Of a stretch of 64,000 bases of DNA, positions 1 to 7,746 are shown piece by piece. A program made the translations under genes and the position numbers. The first letter of the stretch is position 1. Every line of letters begins with the position of its first letter. Under the pieces are notes generated by a model that saw only the letters and a list, made by a program, of their open reading frames with translations, did not search any database and had not been told where the DNA came from. Where the stretch lies: the NCBI GenBank assembly GCA_037143135.1, contig JBAWZH010000002.1, forward strand, positions 2,696 through 66,695, given 5' to 3'. This DNA is from a bacterium (lineage in GTDB: Bacteria > Verrucomicrobiota > Kiritimatiellia > CAIKKV01 > CAITUY01).

Positions 1-696
1 GAATTGCGTCTGATGCATCGAGAGTGCTCCAAGGACTGTCTCCGCGTAGTTCTGCTTTGCGTCCGTTATCATCAGGGAAACGTCAACGACCTCATCGCTA
101 GACTGTCTTTGCTCCGGATGCAAAACCCAATACAACCTGCAGTTCCGTTGGCCGTCACCTGCAGGACCCAACAGTCGCGTGGCAGCGGATCCCACAGCAC
201 GGTGTTCCGGGTGCCACGTGAACCCTCTTTCCGGCTCGAACGTGACGCACACGCAGTTGGGGTACCGGCGAACGCAGTCTCCAAGACAGTCGGGAAATCG
301 TTCGTCTTCGGCGGACCATCGCTGGAGGATTCCTTCTGGTTCTTGCTTGAATTCGCCTGTTTCTTTCCATCTTGCGCTCGCAGCCGTCTCATCTTCCGCT
401 ACTGCATGGCTAGCGTGGGCTGTCGAGGTTCCGCTGATGAAGCCAAGACATTGGCATGATGCTCCAAGGACGCGACATGCCTGTTCAAGTTCGCCGACGC
501 GGAGTTGTCCAAGCGTACGATCACACACCGTATCCGCGAGATTCCATCCGCTTTGTCCCTGTGTAACGCATTGAACATGCGCATGCGAGCGCTCTGCGGC
601 GAACGCAAGCAGCGGCCCGACAAGAACCTCATCGTCTGGATGCGCACCTATGAAGATTAGCGGAGCGCCCCGTGAAATATGTTCAACAATCGTCAT
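1..696 (-). CDS. PIG-L/LmbE family deacetylase, N-terminal 232 codons only (gene runs off the left edge of the window)
   Basis: Absent from the supplied ORF track. Manual reverse translation from ATG at 696 is open, with no stop, down to position 1: MTIVEHISRGAPLIFIGAHPDDEVLVGPLLAF...FTWHPEHRAVG... The AHPDDE and HP(D/E)H motifs are the metal-binding signatures of the PIG-L/LmbE family. Confidence 0.7.
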   Translation of the reverse strand, partial: MTIVEHISRGAPLIFIGAHPDDEVLVGPLLAFAAERSHAHVQCVTQGQSGWNLADTVCDRTLGQLRVGELEQACRVLGASCQCLGFISGTSTAHASHAVAEDETAASARWKETGEFKQEPEGILQRWSAEDERFPDCLGDCVRRYPNCVCVTFEPERGFTWHPEHRAVGSAATRLLGPAGDGQRNCRLYWVLHPEQRQSSDEVVDVSLMITDAKQNYAETVLGALSMHQTQF

Positions 697-730
697 GTCT
701 CATCGTTCCCATGCGAACATATATTGAACG

Positions 731-1144
731 TCATGACGGGATATCCGCGCATTTGTTTGATTCCCAAAAACGGCGCGGATTCAGAATTCGAACGCCTTTG
801 TATTCAGTGATGACCAGCAAATCCTTGTCACCTGTGACTATGACATCTGCATTCCCAGGGGAAACCAACCCAAGAATCATCAGGTCATCGGGATCCCGGC
901 AAATCCCCTTATCAACATGTTCCGGCTCGACGATTTCGGCGCCATTACGCAACACTCTCACATATTCAGCAACAATGGCTGGAGGAACCTTGAGCTTGAA
1001 TCTCAATTTCTCCTCAATTTCCTTCAAAATGCCTTCACATAAGACGATGCGATGATGCTCAAGGCAAAGTTCCATGATCGCCTCACACAAGCCGCGAGAA
1101 GCGGCGCCGGCGATCGCGACATTGGCATCAATAATGACCCTCAT
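731..1144 (-). CDS. PIN-domain toxin (VapC-like) of a type II toxin-antitoxin pair
   Basis: 137 aa. It starts MRVIIDANVAI (first acidic PIN residue) and has a later VTGDKDLL motif. Its start overlaps the upstream RHH gene stop by 4 nt (ATGA). Confidence 0.8.
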   Translation of the reverse strand: MRVIIDANVAIAGAASRGLCEAIMELCLEHHRIVLCEGILKEIEEKLRFKLKVPPAIVAEYVRVLRNGAEIVEPEHVDKGICRDPDDLMILGLVSPGNADVIVTGDKDLLVITEYKGVRILNPRRFWESNKCADIPS

Positions 1145-1356
1145 GACAAGGCCTTGAAAATGTCGTCATCCGTCAGAAGTCCTTGAGCTTCGGCAAATGG
1201 GAGAATTCTTTTGCGAACTGATCGGAATTTTTCGACAGCGATATAGCGCCTGAGGGACTCTCGCACAATGTCACTGACAGCCTTATGCTCCTCCCGACTG
1301 ATGTCATCGAGATCGCTTTTCAGTAACTCCGGCAAACGAATGGTGAGCGTTGTCAT
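1141..1356 (-). CDS. Ribbon-helix-helix (CopG-like) antitoxin
   Basis: MTTLTIRLPELLKSDLDDISREEHKAVSDIVRESLRRYI is a typical RHH N-terminus. The ATG at 1356 is preceded by AGGAG 9 nt upstream. The track ORF start at 1389 is probably too long. Confidence 0.7.
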   Translation of the reverse strand: MTTLTIRLPELLKSDLDDISREEHKAVSDIVRESLRRYIAVEKFRSVRKRILPFAEAQGLLTDDDIFKALS

Positions 1357-1377
1357 ATCTTTTTTCTCCTGTAATAC

Positions 1378-1406
1378 AACGTAGTGCATCTCCTTTTGTT
1401 TGTCAA
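1378..1406 (-). promoter_or_regulatory. Candidate sigma70-type promoter of the RHH/PIN operon
   Basis: On the minus strand: TTGACA (1406-1401), a 17-nt spacer, then TACGTT (1383-1378), about 20 nt upstream of the RHH start. Confidence 0.3.
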
Positions 1407-1481
1407 TTTGATTGCATCGAACGCAGCGGTTCCGAAAGTAGGGAGCGGGAGGGGAAGCGGAAGGCAGTAAAGGCGGGGAAA

Positions 1482-1733
1482 CTGGATACCGCTCCCCTCC
1501 ACAGCACCGAGCAAATCCACTGCCATCGCCTGCGGCACACCTTCGCCACCGAAATGGCGCGGGCCGGCATGCCGGTTCCGGCGCTGATGAAGTTGCTGGG
1601 ACACCGGACGCCCAAGATGACTATGCGTTATGTGGAAGTCGCCCAAGTTGATGTGCGCAAAGCCTACGACGAGGCCGTCGTCCAGTTACGAGCACTCCAG
1701 AACATTCGCCTCAAAGATCGGTTCGATCACTAA
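1482..1733 (+). pseudogene. C-terminal remnant of a tyrosine recombinase/phage integrase
   Basis: The frame reads ...IHCHRLRHTFATEMARAGMPVPALMKLLGHRTPKMTMRYVEV... This is the HxxR, LGH and catalytic Tyr box of tyrosine recombinases. There is no N-terminal or core-binding part and no plausible start. The upstream residues of the ORF look non-coding. Confidence 0.7.
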
Positions 1734-1843
1734 CTGTACCTTGAACGTACCCGCACGACCGTCCAGACTTCCTCTCCTCTTCGGATTTTTACCGACTGCC
1801 TGCTACACGTTTAGCTTGGCGCAGTCATTGTCACTCCTTGATT

Positions 1844-2668
1844 CTACTCCCAGACCAACTTGTCATCGCGAAAAGTCAGTTTCGCGTTCCCGACCTGCAC
1901 CTTCGCGTCGAGTCCCGCGCCGCTGACCTGAACCGGTGGCGCGGCACCCCGCTGCAAGGTCATGACGACCCAGAAGTTGCCGACCCTGGGATCTTCGGCC
2001 TCGATCCGGATCCCGCGGAACGCGGCGTCGGGCTTCTCTTTCGAGGGTTGCGTGTTCGCGGGAGGCATGGGCGCGCTGATCTTCGCGCCGGGCGGCGACA
2101 CGACCGTGCCGACCAGTGTCGCGTCGCCTTTCTTGATAACAAAGCGATTGCCTTCCGTGGCAACGGCGTCGGCGGTCAGGCCGGGAACGAACATCTGCCA
2201 GACTTTCCGGCCGCCGCCGGTGACCTTGTCGGCCACCGCGATAACGGCGGGCGCGCCGGCCTTGCCGCTGAGGTCGGCCGCAAACGCGCGCCGTCCGCGG
2301 ATGCCACCGTCAACGATGTCCGGGCCTTCGCCCCATTTCGGGTTGAGCTTCGGTTTGAGGACCTTGTAGAGTTCGTCCATGTCCACGGCGATGCTACCGC
2401 GCGCCTGGGCGGCATCCAGTTCACGCGAGCGCACCTTGCAGCGCGCGGATTCGTTGAGGTTATCCTCCGGCATGAGCACCACGTTCTCGAGCCAACGGCT
2501 TGCCTTTTGACAGTCCTCCTCACCACAGTATTTTTGCCGCCTCCCGTTCCGGTAGTTCGGAAGAAAGAACTGCTTGCAGTGAAGACACTTGTGGGGCGAC
2601 GGTCGTTTCATATGGCCATCATCTTGACCATCACGAAAATCGTCACCAGAAATCAGCGAGAAGAACAA
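1844..2668 (-). CDS. Hypothetical protein with N-terminal C-x2-C-x16-C-x4-C zinc-ribbon-like motif
   Basis: 274-aa ORF. An internal start, MKRPSPHKCLHCKQFF..., lies at 2611. The plus-strand 288-aa ORF over the same DNA is R/G/D-rich and looks like an antisense shadow. No family recognised for the C-terminal 190 aa. Confidence 0.5.
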   Translation of the reverse strand: MFFSLISGDDFRDGQDDGHMKRPSPHKCLHCKQFFLPNYRNGRRQKYCGEEDCQKASRWLENVVLMPEDNLNESARCKVRSRELDAAQARGSIAVDMDELYKVLKPKLNPKWGEGPDIVDGGIRGRRAFAADLSGKAGAPAVIAVADKVTGGGRKVWQMFVPGLTADAVATEGNRFVIKKGDATLVGTVVSPPGAKISAPMPPANTQPSKEKPDAAFRGIRIEAEDPRVGNFWVVMTLQRGAAPPVQVSGAGLDAKVQVGNAKLTFRDDKLVWE

Positions 2669-2952
2669 CCAACAGGGGAAGAAGATGGGATATTTGAACC
2701 CTGAGGAATCAAGAAAATCAACCCGAAGAAAATCAAACGGCTAGTAGCATGTTCATCCCGCCACTCCAGCTACACTTCCGGTTTGGCGTTGGGACCCGCC
2801 TTGCGGCGACGCTCTTGTCCTTCGCTAAACCTTCCTCCTGTCAGGTGGTTATGGGACTTTCACCCATTAAGTCGTGCGCCATGCCGGGCGCACACGCCCG
2901 CCTTCTCCAGCGGCGCAAGCCGTATGGAGAAAGGTGTGGTTGGCATGGTCAT

Positions 2953-3288
2953 TTATCCATGCGCTAGTCTGGCTGATGCCAGACGGTTCAAGCTGACACC
3001 GGCCTCGGCGGCCTCTAATGCGAGTTCGCGATGTACGTTGGGCGGGACACGCACCATAAACTTCCCGCTGAATGACCGACTTGCCAGCGGCTCAGGAATT
3101 GGCTCCCGTTGTTTATTCATGTCCTCAATGACATCCGCCACAACGGAGCGAACGCCCCGAAGCGCAGTTTCGGGTGCCGCAGCCAGCCAGCTCAAACCCG
3201 GAAATTCCGCGCAAAGACCGACGTACTCTTTGTCTTCTTCCGACCACGTGACGCGGTAGGTATAGTGATCATGTAGTATGGTTTTCAT
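2953..3288 (-). CDS. hicB: HicB-family antitoxin
   Basis: MKTILHDHYTYRVTWSEEDKEYVGLCAEFPGLSWLA... is a HicB N-domain. The C-terminal FMVRVPPNVHRELALEAAEAGVSLNRL is an RHH-type DNA-binding tail. GAGGTG lies upstream of the ATG at 3288. Confidence 0.8.
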   Translation of the reverse strand: MKTILHDHYTYRVTWSEEDKEYVGLCAEFPGLSWLAAAPETALRGVRSVVADVIEDMNKQREPIPEPLASRSFSGKFMVRVPPNVHRELALEAAEAGVSLNRLASARLAHG

Positions 3289-3526
3289 ATTCCCACCTCT
3301 CAATTGCCTTCAATACTTGCCTGACCTGGTAAACCTTGGCCTTCCCTTTGTCATCCTGAATGTTTACCCGTGGATCCCCCTGCCATGGGGTCCTGTAGAT
3401 CCGATGGCTGGTTCCTTTTTGCCTTGGCGGCCCAAAAAAGTGCTCGCACGCACGGCACAAATCCACAAACCGAACCCCTTTAGGGTTGCCTCGCATCCCT
3501 GAAACGATGTCTTCAACCGTGGCCAT
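3269..3526 (-). CDS. hicA: HicA-family mRNA interferase toxin
   Basis: 85 aa with GTSHRIYRTPW and a basic small dsRBD-like pattern. It overlaps hicB by 20 nt, in the usual hicA-hicB order. Confidence 0.8.
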   Translation of the reverse strand: MATVEDIVSGMRGNPKGVRFVDLCRACEHFFGPPRQKGTSHRIYRTPWQGDPRVNIQDDKGKAKVYQVRQVLKAIERWEYENHTT

Positions 3527-4079
3527 AAGAACATAGTATCAGTAATGATATCATGATCAATATATTTCTACTGCCTTGATGCGATGAGGAATCCGCGCTC
3601 GGCGCGGGTTCCGAAGTCGCATCCGAGACTTGGTTGGGCATCTTTGTCACAAAGGCTTGGCGGACGTCGGAGCGCATCAGGTAGTACAGCATTGCGATGG
3701 TCGGGCCAATGCGGAACGCAATTGTGACCATTTGCTTCACCGGAGACATATGCGCCGGCGCGTTGACGACGCCGAGATACGCAGCCACAAAGAACACAAG
3801 GAACAGTCCGTCGCCGACAACGGCGATGAACAACAGAGCGACAAGAATCTTTCGAACCAGATTAATGCGGCAGGCGATGCCGATGCTCAAAATCAGGCAG
3901 ATCGGCACCAAGATAAGTCCGAACACTCGACCCGCCGGAGTTCCGATGAAAACAAGCACGCCGCACAGAAAGGTTGCGACGGCATAGACGGCAGCAATGA
4001 CGTAGATTCCCCACGGTCGTCTTGTTTCTGTTTCTGCAGCATTCATTGTTTCAGTCATCATCGAATTGCCCAACGTCAC
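3513..4079 (-). CDS. Hypothetical polytopic membrane protein
   Basis: 188 aa with about 4 hydrophobic helices (WGIYVIAAVYAVATFLCGVLVFIG, VFGLILVPICLILSIGIAC, ILVALLFIAVVGDGLFLVFFVAAYLGV, MVTIAFRIGPTIAMLYYL). Its 3' end runs through the AT-rich hicA promoter-like region and overlaps hicA by 14 nt. Confidence 0.5.
   Translation of the reverse strand: MTLGNSMMTETMNAAETETRRPWGIYVIAAVYAVATFLCGVLVFIGTPAGRVFGLILVPICLILSIGIACRINLVRKILVALLFIAVVGDGLFLVFFVAAYLGVVNAPAHMSPVKQMVTIAFRIGPTIAMLYYLMRSDVRQAFVTKMPNQVSDATSEPAPSADSSSHQGSRNILIMISLLILCSYGHG
3533..3560 (-). promoter_or_regulatory. Candidate promoter/operator of hicAB
   Basis: On the minus strand: TTGATC (3560-3555), a 16-nt spacer, TACTAT (3538-3533), then only 6 nt to the hicA ATG at 3526. 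This implies a leaderless or near-leaderless mRNA. The spacer contains TGATATCA and TGATCA palindromes. Confidence 0.3.
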
Positions 4080-4139
4080 GCCTCTCCGTTTTGCTAACCC
4101 GTCAGGGTTGGCAAATACGTGAGGAGGCGGTTGTTCGAC

Positions 4140-4424
4140 TCATGCTGTCTTTGCATGCCCGTGCCGCAACTCTGCTTCAACCTTTTCAGCCAGGAAGACT
4201 TTGAGTAGCGATTGGTATGGTACATCGCGCTTATTAGCCAGGACTTTAAGCGCAGCAATGATCGACTCAGGCAAGCGCAGCGAAATCGTCTTGGTAGACG
4301 GTTTTAGATTCGGAAAAACTGCCTGTTTTGCCTTGGACCAATCAATATAATCCGTGGAGTCGTGGTTCGCCCAGAACTCCCTCTCCGCGTCCTCGTTCTT
4401 GAACGTTGGAATCTGCTTCTTCAT
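4140..4424 (-). CDS. brnA: BrnA-family (CopG-like) antitoxin
   Basis: FKNEDAEREFWANHDSTDYIDWSKA...ISLRLPESIIAALKVLANKRDVPYQSLLKVFLAEKV matches the typical BrnA layout. It overlaps brnT by 4 nt. Confidence 0.8.
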   Translation of the reverse strand: MKKQIPTFKNEDAEREFWANHDSTDYIDWSKAKQAVFPNLKPSTKTISLRLPESIIAALKVLANKRDVPYQSLLKVFLAEKVEAELRHGHAKTA

Positions 4425-4726
4425 GTTCTGTAAACCCTTCTTTCCTTCCGGCTCATGTCCCGAGCCGATACAACACGCAATCGTTTGCCACGGATCGTAA
4501 ATGCAATAAACAACTCGCGTCCCTCATCCGTCTGCCCCAGGGCAAAGAATCGTTTCTCACTTTGGGAATGTGCATCATCTGCACCGGTAAGGAGTGGCGA
4601 GTTAAAAAACACTTGCTCAGCCTCCAGAGGCGAAACATGGTGTAGATCCCAGTTCTTCTCGACATTGCCCCCGCTCCAGTCGAATCCCTCGAACTCCGGT
4701 GCGGTTATTGATTCTGTCATGCTCAT
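4421..4726 (-). CDS. brnT: BrnT-family (DUF497) ribonuclease toxin
   Basis: FDWSGGNVEKNWDLHHVSPLEAEQVF...RFFALGQTDEGRELFIAFTIRGKRLRVVSARDMSRKERRVY is the characteristic BrnT pattern. Confidence 0.85.
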   Translation of the reverse strand: MSMTESITAPEFEGFDWSGGNVEKNWDLHHVSPLEAEQVFFNSPLLTGADDAHSQSEKRFFALGQTDEGRELFIAFTIRGKRLRVVSARDMSRKERRVYRT

Positions 4727-4729
4727 TAT

Positions 4730-4748
4730 GTATACGATAAAGGTATAC
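4730..4748 (-). promoter_or_regulatory. Candidate brnTA operator: GTATAC-N7-GTATAC
   Basis: Two copies of the palindromic hexamer GTATAC (4730-4735 and 4743-4748) lie 4-22 nt upstream of the brnT ATG. They overlap a TTGATG...TATACA promoter-like arrangement on the minus strand. Confidence 0.35.
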
Positions 4749-4834
4749 GCATCAAGTCTGATTAATAATCAAATTTTCCCGCCCAACGGCGACAATCAAG
4801 GGCGGCGAAGCCGTACGGTGCATTATTCGAGAAA

Positions 4835-5344
4835 TCAATCCCAGCAAAGTCCGGTTCTCTTCATAATCATGGACTTGTGTGCACACTTGGGACAAGGAAA
4901 TATAACGGCCGTGCTGTCCTTGTTTTTGCTGAATTCCGCATGCTTGACCTCTACTACTTCTCGGTTCTTGCTGCACTTTTGACACGCAAGTGGATTCTCT
5001 GGTCGTCTTCCGAGTTCAGGTTTGAGACTATCACGAAGAAAGGTGTACCGATTCCGCTCGTCCTTCGACAGGTCGGTGGTTGCGAGACGCTTTTCATAGT
5101 CTGCGACCAAGTCCTGCAATTCCTTCTTGCTGACAAGGTCGATGCATGCGAACTCCTTACAGTCCCGGCAGTAGACTACGCCAAAGTTATGCCCTGGCAT
5201 CTTGCCGCTGCCGACAGCGATTTCAGTTTTGCCACTGTCTTTGACTGCGTACTGACAATTCGTGCAAGTTATCGTGATACCCATTCCGGCAATGACGTCC
5301 AGCGACATTATGACGATCAACGAAACAAAAGGAATCAATTTCAT
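4835..5344 (-). CDS. Hypothetical signal-anchored protein with two CxxC...CxxC zinc-ribbon units
   Basis: MKLIPFVSLIVIMSLDVIAG is a hydrophobic N-terminus, followed by CTNC...CRDC and CQKC...CPKC. The ATG at 5344 is preferred over the track start at 5410. Confidence 0.5.
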   Translation of the reverse strand: MKLIPFVSLIVIMSLDVIAGMGITITCTNCQYAVKDSGKTEIAVGSGKMPGHNFGVVYCRDCKEFACIDLVSKKELQDLVADYEKRLATTDLSKDERNRYTFLRDSLKPELGRRPENPLACQKCSKNREVVEVKHAEFSKNKDSTAVIFPCPKCAHKSMIMKRTGLCWD

Positions 5345-5434
5345 AATTCTTCTTCTCAACATATATTGTACGTCATGAAGGGTTTTCCGGATCATGATCC
5401 AGTAAACCATTCAGCGCTTTGCTCCAGGTTTCCT

Positions 5435-6571
<1,137 letters not shown>

Positions 6572-6649
6572 CTAAAGGCGAAAATCCCCGTCTTGCTCTC
6601 TCCGTCCGCTTATGCTTTCATGCCTGGAAATCGCTGGAGGCACGTCCGC

Positions 6650-7744
6650 ATGTTTCACATTAATGATTTGCTTCGACAGGCTGTTGCGGTGGAAGCTTCG
6701 GATATCCATCTCAAGGTCGGGCAGCATCCCTGTCTCCGGTTACATGGCGCCCTGGCGCCCACCGATCTCCCGGTTCTGACGGCGGATGATCTGGAGCAGA
6801 CCATCCGAATGATCCTGCCGCCCCACCTTCACAAATCCTATGAGGAACAGCATGAGGCGGACTTCTCCCACACCGTGGAAGGCGGGGTTCGTTTCCGCGT
6901 GAATGCCTTTCTGAGTCAGGGCGCACCGGCGCTTGCGTTTCGTCACGTCAAAACCCAGGTTCCAACGGTTCAGGAATTGAATCTGCCCGAGTCCATCACC
7001 AAGATTGCCGGAACCCAGCGCGGAATCGTGATCATCAGCGGAACCACCGGAAGCGGAAAATCAACCACTCTGGCCGCCATGCTCAACCACATCAACGAGA
7101 CGAAGTCGTTGCGGGTCATTTCGATCGAAGATCCCATTGAATACCTGTTTACCGACAAGCAATCGATCATCTCGCAACGGGAAGTGGGGTTGGATACCCT
7201 GACTTTCCAGGCCGCGTTGAAACATGTCCTGCGGCAGGATCCGGATGTCATCGTCATCGGGGAAATGCGGGATCAGACAACCTTCCGAACCGCCCTGGCC
7301 GCTGCGGAGACCGGGCATCTGGTTCTCACCACGCTTCACTCCGGGAACGCGGCTGTCGCGGTTCAGCGTCTTCTCGAGTTCTTTCCGTCCGGTGAATGGG
7401 ATCAAGTACGCCTGAATCTGGCAAGCAACCTTCAGGCCGTCATCTGCCAGCGTCTCGTCAAGGGAAGCCAGGGCGGAGTCATCCCCGCCGTGGAGATTCT
7501 GATCAACACGCCTACTGTTCGCAAAGTACTGGAAAAGAACAAGTTAGAGATACTTCCAGCTGCCATCGAGACCGGGGTTGAAGATGGTATGCAGACCTTC
7601 AACCAGTCCATTTACCAGTTGATTAAGAGCGGTATGATCTCGCAGGACGAGGGAATGCAGAATGCCAGCAACCCGCAGGCGTTGCGTATGAATTTGCAGG
7701 GGATATTCCTGGACGAATCGCGACGGATTCTCTCCGCCATCTGA
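6650..7744 (+). CDS. PilT/PilU-family type IV pilus retraction ATPase (PilU-like C-terminus)
   Basis: Starts at the in-frame ATG at 6650 inside the artefactual 955-aa ORF. Contains MFHINDLLRQAVAVEASDIHLKVG, Walker [26 protein letters not shown] and TGHLVLTTLHS. The AIRNLIRE box is replaced by TVRKVLEK, as in PilU-type paralogues. Confidence 0.9.
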   Translation: MFHINDLLRQAVAVEASDIHLKVGQHPCLRLHGALAPTDLPVLTADDLEQTIRMILPPHLHKSYEEQHEADFSHTVEGGVRFRVNAFLSQGAPALAFRHVKTQVPTVQELNLPESITKIAGTQRGIVIISGTTGSGKSTTLAAMLNHINETKSLRVISIEDPIEYLFTDKQSIISQREVGLDTLTFQAALKHVLRQDPDVIVIGEMRDQTTFRTALAAAETGHLVLTTLHSGNAAVAVQRLLEFFPSGEWDQVRLNLASNLQAVICQRLVKGSQGGVIPAVEILINTPTVRKVLEKNKLEILPAAIETGVEDGMQTFNQSIYQLIKSGMISQDEGMQNASNPQALRMNLQGIFLDESRRILSAI

Positions 7745-7746
7745 TC

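Noticed and set aside
1838-2704. 288-aa plus-strand ORF opposite the zinc-ribbon ORF.
   Set aside because: It has an Arg/Gly/Asp/Ala-rich shadow composition typical of antisense frames in GC-rich DNA and no motifs. The minus-strand frame has the Cys motif and more protein-like composition.
2680-2705. A GGGTTCAAAT string (minus strand) that looked like a tRNA T-loop, which could have explained the integrase remnant as a tRNA-targeting element.
   Set aside because: The flanks do not form a T-stem (CAGGG is not paired by ATCCC). No acceptor, D or anticodon arms can be drawn. I saw no tRNA or tmRNA anywhere in the window.
2669-2952. Interpretation of the hairpin-rich spacer as a group II intron.
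   Set aside because: The GUGCG-type 5' cue is on the minus strand, while the domain-V-like AAGCCGUAUGG...GUGUGGUU is on the plus strand. The putative domain V lacks the upper helix, being about 25 nt instead of 34 nt. There is no reverse transcriptase or maturase ORF nearby. It is kept only as an unexplained structured region.
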